Notes: generated by a model from the letters alone, not told the origin. Shown: positions 50,889 to 61,442, counted from the first letter of the whole stretch. The stretch: 61,808 bases of DNA, filler included, from 4 parts of 4 records of this genome joined end to end with filler, not necessarily neighbours in it; one strand, 5' to 3'. Made by a program: numbers and translations.

Positions 50889-52090
50889 AAAAAAAGATAC
50901 TCTATCTTTGCCACCGGATTCCCTACCCGCCCAACAAAGGGGATAAGATAAGGTCTTTTAACCAGATAAAATACCTGTCAAAAGAGCATACCATTGACCT
51001 GATTACCCTTGCAGACGATCCCGGCGACCTGAAGTATGAGAAAGAGCTGAAAAATTACTGCAGGCAGGTCTCAGTCTTTCAGCTGAATACCAAACTAGGG
51101 AAAATCAAAGGTCTGATAAGCCTTTTATGCGGCAAAAGCATATCCCAGGGGTATTTTTATTCAAGAAAATTTCAAACCATATATGACCGGTGGACATCAC
51201 GGGAAAAATACCAAACCGTGATCTGCTTTTCATCTCCAATGGCCGAATATATATTTCGCTCAAAGAAAAACCGGCACCAGGATGCTGATACTTTTATCAT
51301 GGATTTTTGTGACCTGGATTCGGATAAATGGAAGCAGTACGCAGGAAAAACATCTTTTCCCTTCAATTTTCTATATGGAGCAGAGGCCAGGCGGTTATTG
51401 AATTTTGAAATAAAAATAAATAAAAGATTTAACCGGTCGGTTTTTATTTCCGGGAAAGAGGCCGACCTGTTTAAAGCGTATTACGCTGAAGCAGACAATA
51501 TATCCATCACTCCCAATGGGGTAGACCACGGCTATTTTGATCCGGAAAAGATAAAACTATCACAGGTATTCCCTTCTCCCATGATTGCCTTTTACGGCGC
51601 CATGGACTACTACGCAAATATAGACGGGGTTACCTGGTTTGCAAAAAAAATTTTACCCCTGGTAAAGAAAGCATTTCCCGATATCAGGTTCTATATCGTG
51701 GGGAGCAACCCTGCCCCGGCCGTAAAAGAACTCGGGAAGGACCCGGCCATCCATGTCACAGGATTTGTGGATGATATCAGGGAATATTACAGGGCAGCGG
51801 ATGTATGTGTCATCCCCCTTCGTATCGCCAGGGGGATTCAGAATAAGGTTTTAGAGGCGCTTTCCATGGAAAAGCCTGTGGTGGCAACCTCATCGGCACT
51901 CCAGGGTATACACCCCAAAGTCCGGGAAGTCCTGAATATAAAAGATGATCCCGAGGGGTTTGCAGAGCAGATAGTCCGCCTTCTTGGGAGTAAATCCACA
52001 GCAAAAGAGCAGGGCCGGGCCGCAAGGCAGTTCATATTAAGTCATTACGACTGGGTCAACAACCTTCATGGCTTGTCTGCTTTGATCTGA
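50885..52090 (+). CDS. GT4 sugar transferase, PEP-CTERM/XrtA system-associated
   Basis: HRIPYPPNKGDKIRS, DFCDLDSDKW.QY, GAMDYYANIDG, PLRIARGIQNKVLEA. Confidence 0.93.
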   Translation: MKKKILYLCHRIPYPPNKGDKIRSFNQIKYLSKEHTIDLITLADDPGDLKYEKELKNYCRQVSVFQLNTKLGKIKGLISLLCGKSISQGYFYSRKFQTIYDRWTSREKYQTVICFSSPMAEYIFRSKKNRHQDADTFIMDFCDLDSDKWKQYAGKTSFPFNFLYGAEARRLLNFEIKINKRFNRSVFISGKEADLFKAYYAEADNISITPNGVDHGYFDPEKIKLSQVFPSPMIAFYGAMDYYANIDGVTWFAKKILPLVKKAFPDIRFYIVGSNPAPAVKELGKDPAIHVTGFVDDIREYYRAADVCVIPLRIARGIQNKVLEALSMEKPVVATSSALQGIHPKVREVLNIKDDPEGFAEQIVRLLGSKSTAKEQGRAARQFILSHYDWVNNLHGLSALI

Positions 52091-52103
52091 GTTCTAAATA
52101 CAG

Positions 52104-54449
52104 ATGAATAGAAAAATATTTATCATCATACTTTTTTTACTGGGTGCAGCCTTTTTTACCGGTTATAAATTCATGGCGTCCCAGACGGCATCGCCAAAAC
52201 TTGTGGTTTCAAAAATTTTTGAAAAAGCAGGCCTTGGAAAGCAGCTGGAAAAGGTTGAGCTTTTATTGTTTAAAGAAAAATATTCAGACTATATATTCCA
52301 GGGAACCTTTAAGCGATCCCACCCAAAAATTCTTTATAAAAGCAGATCGGAAATAAAGATGATCCGGAATCGCTATAATACCGATCCGGAATATCAAAAA
52401 ACGGTTGATATTTATTCCAAAGGTGCGGCTGCATGGTTTTGTAAGCGGGATGAGGTGCAGGGTGAGATGGCCATAAATAAACTGCTGGATGCAGACATTG
52501 GTCTTCCTAAAGCCCAGGGCAACCACGGCAACATAATATCTTTGGTCCTTCAGTATGAGCTGCTCAACGATCATCCGGCCTGGACCCCGGATAAAAAACA
52601 GATCATTGAAAAAAAATTTAAACAATACCTTGATCATGCCCTGAAAATCCTGAACGCAGACTCTGCATCTCTCTGGCACGGCCGTTTCCAGCTTGCCTGT
52701 ACCGCCTGGATCACTGCCTCGGCCATTGATTTTGACGGTAAAGATAATTTTGACATGATTTCAAAAGCCCAGGCCCATTTCCTTGATGCCGTTGACGCCA
52801 TCAGCCTGACCCAGGGATGGCCGGAAGGTTACAACTACTGGATCAACAACCGGGCCTACCCCTTTGCCCTGGCCTGCCTGAGCCACTTAAACTCCGTCGA
52901 TGACGCCCCGGCACTAAATACTAAAATTGTCAAAGCACTCGAAACCGCAGGCATATGGACCATATACGGTACTCGGCCCGATCACAGGTTTGCCCTGTTC
53001 GGTGATTCCGGCCCCCGGAATGACCTGAAAGATGAAACCCAAAGATTTATCGACCTTGTACTTTTAGGAACCCGAAATACCCTATTTAAATATTATTCAG
53101 CCTATCTCAACACATCCAAAAAACAAGGGTATTACTATGGATACCGTTGGGGCATTCCGGTTTTCAGGGGACTTTCACAGCTTGATTTTCCCAAACGCCT
53201 TAAGCTGGATGATTTATCCTTTGCAGACGGGATTCTACCGGGCAGCCGGCTATTCGGGCCGGATGGTTTCAACCAGATATTCATACGATCCGGTTGGGAT
53301 GATAATGCCACCTTTATTTCTTTTCGCGCAGGGCACACCTTTTCTCACCACGGGCATTACCAGGCCGGCCATTTCACCTTATTCAAGTATGCCCCGCTGG
53401 CAATAACTTCCGGCACATACGGCGGATACACCTCCCCCCACCGCCTCAATTATTACATCAGGACCATTGCTTCCAATTCCATACTTATCCAGAAACCCGG
53501 GGAAATTATTCAGCCCAATCACTACTTTAAGGAAAATGTGGCTGCCGGCGGCCAGAAGATCATTATTCCCACGGGAAGCACCATTACCAGTGTCAAAAAC
53601 TGGAAAGAAAAAAAGGTCTACCAGGGAGGCATCATTACGGCATTTGAGAATACCAACCCGGATTATGTCTATATCAACACCAACCTGACAAATGCCTATT
53701 CTCAAAAAAAAGCAGCCAGGGTAACCCGGGAATTATGTTATTTAAATACGGAAGATCTGCTCATCATCCATGATGTGGTGGAATCTGTCAAAAAAGAATA
53801 TGGAAAAAAATGGCTTTTCCATACCTGGACCAAGCCTTTTACCCGGACCGAAAAACAACTTGCGGGAACCCCTGAAAATGGCATTATGACTTCTTCGGAT
53901 ACCATTGTAAACCTGTCCCATCTTAAGGGCCGTGCCCGGTTATCCGTAATGCTGCCCCGGCATCCTCTCATTTATAAAATCGGCGGAAAGGATTATCGGT
54001 ATTATGTGGAAACAGATGGTGAGGATGCTGTTTTAAACGGCATCAACATGGCGGACGGCGCCAATGAAAAACCCTGGTTTGATTCAGGTATGTGGCGCCT
54101 TGAAATCACTTCAGGCAAAGAGAATAAAAAAGATGAATTTCTGGTTGTTGTACAACCGGGAATATCCGGGGCTCCCCTAAAGCAGAAATATGATACCCTG
54201 TCTTCCTCCTCTCTTTGCGGAATAGCCACAAACCATAATGTCATCTTATTTCCCAAAAGAGAGAAATCCGTTTTCAGAATTCAAACCCCTGCGAACAAAA
54301 ATCATATCATATTCGGCCTGCCTGAAAATAAAATCGCATCTGTTATCATTAATCAGAAAACCATTGAAAAAAAGGTAAACCGGAACGGGGTACTGGAATT
54401 CAACAGCATGCCCGGTAACGGACAGGCGAGCATCGATATTAAAATTTAA
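52104..54449 (+). CDS. Heparinase II/III-like polysaccharide lyase, membrane-anchored or exported
   Basis: N-terminal TM; WPEGYNYW, FIRSGW, HHGHYQAGHFTLFK, NYYIRTIASNSIL, C-terminal beta-sandwich. Confidence 0.72.
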   Translation: MNRKIFIIILFLLGAAFFTGYKFMASQTASPKLVVSKIFEKAGLGKQLEKVELLLFKEKYSDYIFQGTFKRSHPKILYKSRSEIKMIRNRYNTDPEYQKTVDIYSKGAAAWFCKRDEVQGEMAINKLLDADIGLPKAQGNHGNIISLVLQYELLNDHPAWTPDKKQIIEKKFKQYLDHALKILNADSASLWHGRFQLACTAWITASAIDFDGKDNFDMISKAQAHFLDAVDAISLTQGWPEGYNYWINNRAYPFALACLSHLNSVDDAPALNTKIVKALETAGIWTIYGTRPDHRFALFGDSGPRNDLKDETQRFIDLVLLGTRNTLFKYYSAYLNTSKKQGYYYGYRWGIPVFRGLSQLDFPKRLKLDDLSFADGILPGSRLFGPDGFNQIFIRSGWDDNATFISFRAGHTFSHHGHYQAGHFTLFKYAPLAITSGTYGGYTSPHRLNYYIRTIASNSILIQKPGEIIQPNHYFKENVAAGGQKIIIPTGSTITSVKNWKEKKVYQGGIITAFENTNPDYVYINTNLTNAYSQKKAARVTRELCYLNTEDLLIIHDVVESVKKEYGKKWLFHTWTKPFTRTEKQLAGTPENGIMTSSDTIVNLSHLKGRARLSVMLPRHPLIYKIGGKDYRYYVETDGEDAVLNGINMADGANEKPWFDSGMWRLEITSGKENKKDEFLVVVQPGISGAPLKQKYDTLSSSSLCGIATNHNVILFPKREKSVFRIQTPANKNHIIFGLPENKIASVIINQKTIEKKVNRNGVLEFNSMPGNGQASIDIKI

Positions 54450-55667
54450 ATGAGAAAAAACATGAAAATCCTTCATATATTAGACCACAGCCTTCCCCTT
54501 CACAGTGGATATACGTTCAGGAGCCAGAACCTTTTTATAGCCCAGCAGAAAATGGGGTATGAAACCATAGTGTTAACCTCTCCCAAGCATGAAGAAAGCC
54601 TGAAAAAAGTTACGCCGGCCTGTGAAACCCTCGGCAGTATCAAATATTATAGAACAGGCCCCTCACCCCAATACCCGGTTCCGGTGGTATCTGAATTGTT
54701 GCTGATGCATATACTGTATAAGCGCATTATGGAAGTTGCCCGCATAGAACGGCCGGAGGTCATTCATGCCCATTCCCCCATTCTCAATGCCGTACCGGCA
54801 ATCCGGGCATCCAAAAAATTGAATATTCCCGTGGTATATGAAATCAGGGCGTTCTGGGAGGATGCTGCCGTGGATCACGGTACCTATGCTGAACACTCCT
54901 GGAAGTATAATCTGACCAGGAATATAGAAACATGGGTATCTAGAAAGGTTGATCATGTCGGTATTCTGTGCAAGGGCTTAAAAAACGACCTGATCAGCCG
55001 GTCTATTGCCCCGGAAAAGATAACGGTGGTATACAACGGCATCAATCCCGAAGACCTGAAACCCGCTCCGCCGGATAAAGAATACTTTGATGCCTGGGGA
55101 CTGAAAGGGAAAAAGGTAATCGGTTTTGTGGGGTCTTTTTACAGGTATGAAGGACTTGACCTTTTGATAGAAGCATTTGCCAGGCTGGCCAAAAAACGGG
55201 ACAATACCGCTCTGCTGCTGGTCGGCGGCGGAGAAATGGAGGAAGAGTTAAAGGCGCTTGCCGCAAAACTGAATATCCAAGACCGGCTGATTATGCCCGG
55301 CAGGGTTCCCCACGAAAGAATCGCAGGTGTCTACTCAATGATCAATATCCTGGCATATCCGCGGTATTCCATGCGGTTGACGGAATTGGTCACCCCTCTC
55401 AAACCCCTTGAAGCCATGGCTATGGAAAAAGCGCTTGTGGCCAGCGATGTCGGCGGCCACAAAGAACTGGTAACAGATAATAAAACCGGTCTTTTATTCC
55501 GGGCGGGAGATTCAGACCATTTAGCACAGCAGATTTGCGAAATCCTGGACAATGAAAATTTGGAAAAATCATTGCAGGAATCCGGATCTTGCTGGGTTAA
55601 AAAGTATCATACCTGGGAAACGACAACCTCCGTTTACCGGTCCATGTATAAATCTTTAAAAAAATAA
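54450..55667 (+). CDS. GT4 glycosyltransferase, PEP-CTERM/exosortase A-associated
   Basis: HILDHSLPLHSGYTFR, HAHSP.LN, YEIRAFWEDAAVDHG, GSFYRYEGL, RLTELVTPLKPLEAMA. Confidence 0.93.
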   Translation: MRKNMKILHILDHSLPLHSGYTFRSQNLFIAQQKMGYETIVLTSPKHEESLKKVTPACETLGSIKYYRTGPSPQYPVPVVSELLLMHILYKRIMEVARIERPEVIHAHSPILNAVPAIRASKKLNIPVVYEIRAFWEDAAVDHGTYAEHSWKYNLTRNIETWVSRKVDHVGILCKGLKNDLISRSIAPEKITVVYNGINPEDLKPAPPDKEYFDAWGLKGKKVIGFVGSFYRYEGLDLLIEAFARLAKKRDNTALLLVGGGEMEEELKALAAKLNIQDRLIMPGRVPHERIAGVYSMINILAYPRYSMRLTELVTPLKPLEAMAMEKALVASDVGGHKELVTDNKTGLLFRAGDSDHLAQQICEILDNENLEKSLQESGSCWVKKYHTWETTTSVYRSMYKSLKK

Positions 55668-55679
55668 AAGGGAGCAGAC

Positions 55680-56513
55680 ATGGAAGAGACAGAATATATA
55701 TCAGGCATGCTGGACAGGACACTTAGGTGTTTCAGTAGAGAAGATGTGGATAAGGTGCGCAATACCGTTTTTGCCATATCCGGCCTTGGGGGGGTGGGCG
55801 CCATAACAGCAGAGCTGCTGGCCAGGTGGGGGGTAAAGCGATTCCGTCTCCTGGATATGGATGTCTATGACGAATCAAATCTCAACCGCCAGTTGTTCTC
55901 CACCTCCAGGACGATCGGGCGAAGCAAAGTGGATGTTGCAGAAGAGCGTATAAAAGAGATCAATCCCTATGCTGAAGTGGAAATAAAAATAGCTGATCGC
56001 GTTGATAACGACAATGTCCATAAGTTTGTCAAAGATGCAGGCATGGTGATACAAAATGCAGATCACCCGTCCTGCAAACTGTTCTATCTTGCGGCCCGCA
56101 AGCATAAAGTTCCTTTGGTCAACGGTTATGCAACCGTCACCGGTGGCCGGGTTCAAGCCTTTGATTATAAAAATTCTGAATGCAAAAGCATGCTTGAAGG
56201 ATTATGGAACCGGATAAAATACAAAGATGCCAAACCCCTGGACCAGATGTCCACAGAAGAAATCCGTCAATTTGACAAAGAAAATGTTCATCCCACAGCA
56301 CCGTCTTTGAATTTTGTAACCAATCTTGTCGGATGCTGTATTGTTGCAGAAGCCATAAAGCTGGTTACCGGAAAAGGCAGACCGGTTTTATATCCGAAAT
56401 ACTATTACTTTGATACTTTTAAGAATAAATCCGGTATCCGAAATTCGAACTCTTTCATCAATCCTGACAATATAAAAAGAGTATTTTTTATTTTAAGAAA
56501 AGCTTCTTTTTAA
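55680..56513 (+). CDS. ThiF/MoeB/HesA family adenylyltransferase
   Basis: GLGGVG, DMDVYDESNLNRQ, GRSKVD...RIKEINP; no CxxC zinc pairs. Confidence 0.88.
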   Translation: MEETEYISGMLDRTLRCFSREDVDKVRNTVFAISGLGGVGAITAELLARWGVKRFRLLDMDVYDESNLNRQLFSTSRTIGRSKVDVAEERIKEINPYAEVEIKIADRVDNDNVHKFVKDAGMVIQNADHPSCKLFYLAARKHKVPLVNGYATVTGGRVQAFDYKNSECKSMLEGLWNRIKYKDAKPLDQMSTEEIRQFDKENVHPTAPSLNFVTNLVGCCIVAEAIKLVTGKGRPVLYPKYYYFDTFKNKSGIRNSNSFINPDNIKRVFFILRKASF

Positions 56514-58316
56514 ATGAATTTAGGAGAAATACATTTGCCATCCTTCCGTGATTTCAAAAATAAAAATTTAAAAAGTGATGTCTGGTACCGTTGCGATGTT
56601 ATTTTTGGAATATGTGGAACCGAATGGCCTGTAGAAAAAGAGCTTCAAATCCTTCGATTAAAAAATGATCTGTTTCCTGATTTGGAATGGAACTTATATA
56701 AAACCAAGAAATTAATGTTGATATATGCTTCTTGTATAGATGCTAAATATGAAGCAGCAAGTCAAACAATGGATGGTATTTTTTTTCGGGTATCAAAAAA
56801 TAATACCGGCGATAATCAAATCAATACGTTTAAAGGAGCATACTCTGCGATTAGTGTTTATTCAAATGGAAATATAGAATTAAACAGAGACAGAGCTGGT
56901 GCATACAAAATATTTTATCATCAGGCTAAAAACCATGTTGAATTTAGCTCAAATATGCTTTTTTTTAATAAAAGAGGTTTTTCGATCTGTCATCGTGCGT
57001 TAGCTTCATTTTTTAGATATCTTTATATTTCGGCTCCATTGACAGTATATGAGGATGTTAAATCGATTGAACCAAACAAAAATATAATACTCAACCCGAA
57101 AAAAATAGTAAAACAGCTATATTCTCAAAACCATCGTGGTTTGATCAAAAGAGCAGAACTATCTGACGATAGGATAGATACAAAACTAAATGAATTTGAA
57201 GGTTTGTTGGCCACATCAATACAGAATAGATTAAAGTTTTCGCATCATCCTATTCTTCTTTTAAGTGGTGGTAAGGATTCTTCTTCGATCGCATTAGCCG
57301 CAAAGCATTCCGGAATACAGAATTTATGCGCAATAACAATCGGTTTTGATATCGACTCCATTGATGAGTCAGAACTCTCTGTATTTCTCTGCAAACACCT
57401 CCAAATAAAGCACGAAGTTATAAAACCCAAACCATCAGAGTATGTGAATTTTTGGAAAGCATATATTCAAAATATGGGGCAACCCTGGGGTGATCCAGCA
57501 GGATTGCCATTGTTTATTGCTTTTAGGCTCTTTTCCGGTAAGGCTAATTTGTTTCTCGACGGGACCGGTAATGATTCATACTTTGGTATACCAACATCTA
57601 AAATGGAAGAAGTGATATGGAATATTAATAAAACAGCTCCTAATTTTTTAAGAAACAGGATTGGTAATTTAACTAAAAATAAGTCTAAAACGTTAGACTA
57701 TTTTATTACAAAAATGAAAAGGGGCAAAGAAGAACAATTCATATCATGGAGGGGGTGGGATCCAAAACAAATAAGAAAAATATTCAAAGCAAGCAAGGTT
57801 TATGATTCTTCTCCTTTCAAGCGGACTTACATGAATTCTTCAAATGCCCGTGAGCTAAAAACGAACACATTGTGTGGGATTTGGGAACCTGAAGCGGCCT
57901 ACCAAAAAACAATACAATCAGCAACATCCAGTCAGATCTCTATGGCATTCCCTTTTAGAGACATAGACCTAGAAAATTTTATAAGGGGGTTAAGCCAAAA
58001 AGATAGAATCCACAATAGAACAAACAAGATGATTGTTCGTTCATACATGAAAAAATACCTACCGCCAGAAATTGTAAACAAACCCAAAGGGTCATTTATT
58101 TTTCCGAAAGCGATCATTCTAAGAAGCAATAGACACGAGTTATTGCGTGAACTTCTGTCTAAGGCAGATGAAATAGCAAAATTTGAAGGTTTAGATTTTA
58201 AACCCATAAAAAAAATAGTATTACGTTATATTTTTGGAGACGACTCTTTAGAAGACCGTGTTTGGGCGATTGCGATATTCATTGAATGGTATAAATTTGA
58301 CAAAGAGAAAATATAG
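56514..58316 (+). CDS. Asparagine-synthase-like ATP pyrophosphatase with degenerate N-terminal domain
   Basis: RDRAGAYKIFY, PP-loop LLSGGKDSS, DGTGND, FPFRD, KPKGSF; no N-terminal Cys. Confidence 0.8.
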   Translation: MNLGEIHLPSFRDFKNKNLKSDVWYRCDVIFGICGTEWPVEKELQILRLKNDLFPDLEWNLYKTKKLMLIYASCIDAKYEAASQTMDGIFFRVSKNNTGDNQINTFKGAYSAISVYSNGNIELNRDRAGAYKIFYHQAKNHVEFSSNMLFFNKRGFSICHRALASFFRYLYISAPLTVYEDVKSIEPNKNIILNPKKIVKQLYSQNHRGLIKRAELSDDRIDTKLNEFEGLLATSIQNRLKFSHHPILLLSGGKDSSSIALAAKHSGIQNLCAITIGFDIDSIDESELSVFLCKHLQIKHEVIKPKPSEYVNFWKAYIQNMGQPWGDPAGLPLFIAFRLFSGKANLFLDGTGNDSYFGIPTSKMEEVIWNINKTAPNFLRNRIGNLTKNKSKTLDYFITKMKRGKEEQFISWRGWDPKQIRKIFKASKVYDSSPFKRTYMNSSNARELKTNTLCGIWEPEAAYQKTIQSATSSQISMAFPFRDIDLENFIRGLSQKDRIHNRTNKMIVRSYMKKYLPPEIVNKPKGSFIFPKAIILRSNRHELLRELLSKADEIAKFEGLDFKPIKKIVLRYIFGDDSLEDRVWAIAIFIEWYKFDKEKI

Positions 58317-58346
58317 CATCTAATTTACGATTGATTGTAAGCCAAT

Positions 58347-58955
58347 ATGAAAGTTTCATACTTTTTCAAAAGAATCGGGAAAAAAATAAACAAAATTATT
58401 TTTTTAAGAACAATAGGATTAACTGCACCGAATACAGTTATAATTAATGGAAAACCGATAATTGATATTCGAAATGGAGGAAGAGTTAAGCTTGGAAATA
58501 ATGTTACTCTCAATTCTAAAAATAAAGGGTACCATTTAAACATGCACTCACCTGTTAAAATTTACGTAGATAGGCCGGGAGCAATAGTAAAAATTGGAGA
58601 CAATACGCGTATACATGGAACTTGCATACACGCGTATAATTCTATCAGCATAGGGAAAAATGTATTAATTGCGGCAAATTGTCAAATATTCGATGGTAGC
58701 GGTCATTCTTTGAGTTTTAACGATGTCAACAATAGAATAAATACAATCGGCAAATCTAAATCAATTACTATTTCGGATTCTGTTTGGATCGGGACAAATT
58801 CCATTATATTGCCTGGTGTGCATATTGGAATGGGCAGCGTCATTGCAGCAGGGTCTGTTGTAAATACTGATATCCCAGAAATGGTTTTAGCTGGGGGAGT
58901 ACCGGCTAAAGTGATTAAAAGCGCAAAACAAATACATTCACAAAAAAAGTGCTGA
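58347..58955 (+). CDS. Hexapeptide-repeat (LbH) acyltransferase
   Basis: ISIGKNVLIAANCQIFD, VWIGTNSIILPGVHIG.GSVIAAGSVV, GGVPAKVIK. Confidence 0.92.
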   Translation: MKVSYFFKRIGKKINKIIFLRTIGLTAPNTVIINGKPIIDIRNGGRVKLGNNVTLNSKNKGYHLNMHSPVKIYVDRPGAIVKIGDNTRIHGTCIHAYNSISIGKNVLIAANCQIFDGSGHSLSFNDVNNRINTIGKSKSITISDSVWIGTNSIILPGVHIGMGSVIAAGSVVNTDIPEMVLAGGVPAKVIKSAKQIHSQKKC

Positions 58956-59000
58956 AATTTAATTTTTTTTAAATTTATATAGTTATCGCTTGAATAAAAA

Positions 59001-60191
59001 ATGAAAAATACTGAAAAGAACCCGTTAAATGAAACAGAGGGGCGGAATCCACAAAAGCGAATAAACAGAATTCGGATTTGTGTTGTTTCTTTAAAATATC
59101 CGCCAGAATATAGTGGTGCCGGATTACAAGCCCAGAGACTTTTTCAAAAAATGAAACAGAAAGGGGGGCAGTATTTTGTTATCACAGCCTCTGGTTCAGG
59201 ATATCAAAAAAATAGCAAGGATGATGGAGAAGATATTGTTAAGATAAAGGGGACCCCTGGGTCATGGACGTCATTGAGCTTATTGTTATTCTGGTGGAAA
59301 CTGTTTGTTTTATTATTCCAGAAGCGACGTGATTATGATTTTGTTTATATCGTTAGTGCCAACTTACCTTTAAGTATTTTGGGATTATATTCACGAGTGC
59401 TTGGCAAGAAATCAATCGTCAAGCTTACCTTAGCTAAAAGCGATATTGCTGATGTCGGAAATGGTTTTTGGGGAAAACTTCAAGGTTTTTTCTTAAATTT
59501 TATTGATCGCTATGTTGCAATTTCCGATGAGATATATTCTGAACTTTGTAATTGCGGGTTTCCCAAGGAAAAAATTCTTTTATTACCTAATGGTGTAGAT
59601 TGTAGTGTTTTTTCACCTCGTAAAAAAAACATAGATAATAACTCTGTACCCAAATTGCTGTTTGTTGGTATTCTCGACAAGAGAAAAGGGGTTGATATCC
59701 TTTTAGAGGCATGGCTTGACTTAAAGAAACAAAAGAATCCGCAGGTACAAGGGGAATTGGTAATGGTTGGTCCATATGATAAATCCAGTTCCGTTTTATC
59801 GACTTTTGATATGAATGAACTTAAAAAGAATTCAGTCTGTTTTTTAGGGGAAAGAAGTGACATCAACCTAATAATGAAAGAGTGCGATATTTTTGTTTTG
59901 CCATCTTCAAATGAAGGGCTACCCAATGTTGCCTTAGAAGCCATGGCTTCAGGATTACCGATAATTATATCTAATTCGTCTGGAGGGGCTGACTGCGTTA
60001 CTCATAATACCAACGGCTTAATTTTTGAGATGAAAAACAAAACCCAATTAATGAATTTCATAAAAAAATTGCTGTGTGATGGGTCTATGAGAAGAAAAAT
60101 GGGCTATGAAAGCAGAGTACGGGCATTGAAAAGCTTTTCAATCGATCAGGTTGTGGACAGGTATTTTGAAATTCTAAGTGAGCTCAAATAA
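59001..60191 (+). CDS. GT4 glycosyltransferase
   Basis: LPNGVD, FVG.L..RKG, FVLPSSNEGLPNVALEAMASGLP. Confidence 0.92.
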   Translation: MKNTEKNPLNETEGRNPQKRINRIRICVVSLKYPPEYSGAGLQAQRLFQKMKQKGGQYFVITASGSGYQKNSKDDGEDIVKIKGTPGSWTSLSLLLFWWKLFVLLFQKRRDYDFVYIVSANLPLSILGLYSRVLGKKSIVKLTLAKSDIADVGNGFWGKLQGFFLNFIDRYVAISDEIYSELCNCGFPKEKILLLPNGVDCSVFSPRKKNIDNNSVPKLLFVGILDKRKGVDILLEAWLDLKKQKNPQVQGELVMVGPYDKSSSVLSTFDMNELKKNSVCFLGERSDINLIMKECDIFVLPSSNEGLPNVALEAMASGLPIIISNSSGGADCVTHNTNGLIFEMKNKTQLMNFIKKLLCDGSMRRKMGYESRVRALKSFSIDQVVDRYFEILSELK

Positions 60192-61429
60192 TGAGATCTC
60201 AATTATTAAAAGTGCCTATGGGACAAATTGATTGGGGTATTAAAGATATTTTCGACTATTTGATATTAAAAACCTTCCAGAAAAATAAATTTAAGGACCA
60301 GCTAAATACGAAATTTTCTCTCTTTTATGATAAAGATCTGCGTTTTGTTTTTCTAGAGTTAGGACGGCAAGCTATATATTTATCGCTTAAAAGTTTGGAG
60401 TTGAAAAGCAGTGATGAGGTAATTATTCCTTCCTATGCATGCGCAAATGTTCTTCTACCTATACTTGCCAACAATTACACACCTGTCTTTGCAGATTGTG
60501 GAAAGGATTTGAATATCAGTTTAGAGAGTGTTCGATCAGCCATAAATGCGAAAACAAAGGTGTTAATTATTCCTCATATGTACGGAAACATGGCGTCAAT
60601 ATCAGAATTTAGAGAGCTTGCGAATCAGCATAACTTAGTCCTGATTGATGATGCGGCCCAAGCGTTTGGAGCCTCTCTTGGCAATAATTTTGCCGGATCT
60701 TTTGGTGATTATGGGATTCTAAGTTTTGGACCTTTTAAAAGTCTCCCGGCGTCAAAAGGCGGAATATTATTATCAACGAGCCATGAGCTTTATCCATCAA
60801 CAATGGAGGCATCGCAGATTTTGCCGGAGAGGGGAATGACCAAATCCCTTGATATAACAGTAAAATGTTTTATAAAATTTGGATTGCGAAAAGCATTCTT
60901 CTTATTGCGTCAAATGAAAAAAAACAAATTGGATCGTCTGCCCTTTGACGGTCAAGAACAAAAGCGGACTCCTAATTTTTTAAATTTTCATGAGATGCAC
61001 CCAAGGAAAATGTCAGAATTAGATAGTTTCATCATAAACCGGTTGCTTGAAAAGGCAGAGGATCGAATTCGGCGAAGAAGGAAATTGGCCAAATTATTAA
61101 TAAGCTACTTAGAAAAAAGTTCTGCCCATTTTAGTCTACCCGATTTTGTTAAGACAAATATATTTACAAAATTTATCATTATCCTTAAAGAAAGCGTTTC
61201 TGAGGAAAAACGAGATTTATTTATAGACTATCTTAATCATAGCGGCATTGAAAGCTATGGGGGGTATAAACCCTTACATCTGCAGGAACGATTCACAGCA
61301 TTTACCAACAACCGTTTAAAGTATACAGAAAGTGTATGGAGAAGGGTTGTCTGCTTACCACTTAGCGCAAAAATGAAAAATGATGATATTGTCTTAGTTA
61401 AAAATGTTATCAATAATTTTCAATGGTGA
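60191..61429 (+). CDS. DegT/DnrJ/EryC1/StrS family PLP aminotransferase
   Basis: GRQAIYL, DEVIIPSY.C, PHMYG, IDDAAQA.G, SFGPFKSL (PLP lysine), LCLPL-type tail. Confidence 0.88.
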   Translation: MRSQLLKVPMGQIDWGIKDIFDYLILKTFQKNKFKDQLNTKFSLFYDKDLRFVFLELGRQAIYLSLKSLELKSSDEVIIPSYACANVLLPILANNYTPVFADCGKDLNISLESVRSAINAKTKVLIIPHMYGNMASISEFRELANQHNLVLIDDAAQAFGASLGNNFAGSFGDYGILSFGPFKSLPASKGGILLSTSHELYPSTMEASQILPERGMTKSLDITVKCFIKFGLRKAFFLLRQMKKNKLDRLPFDGQEQKRTPNFLNFHEMHPRKMSELDSFIINRLLEKAEDRIRRRRKLAKLLISYLEKSSAHFSLPDFVKTNIFTKFIIILKESVSEEKRDLFIDYLNHSGIESYGGYKPLHLQERFTAFTNNRLKYTESVWRRVVCLPLSAKMKNDDIVLVKNVINNFQW

Positions 61430-61442
61430 ATATGGGGGGAGT

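Noticed and set aside
55680-58316. ThiF + AsnB-like pair as a RiPP (lasso peptide or microcin C-like) cluster
   Set aside because: No precursor peptide, RRE/B protein, peptidase or exporter is visible, and the context is polysaccharide biosynthesis.
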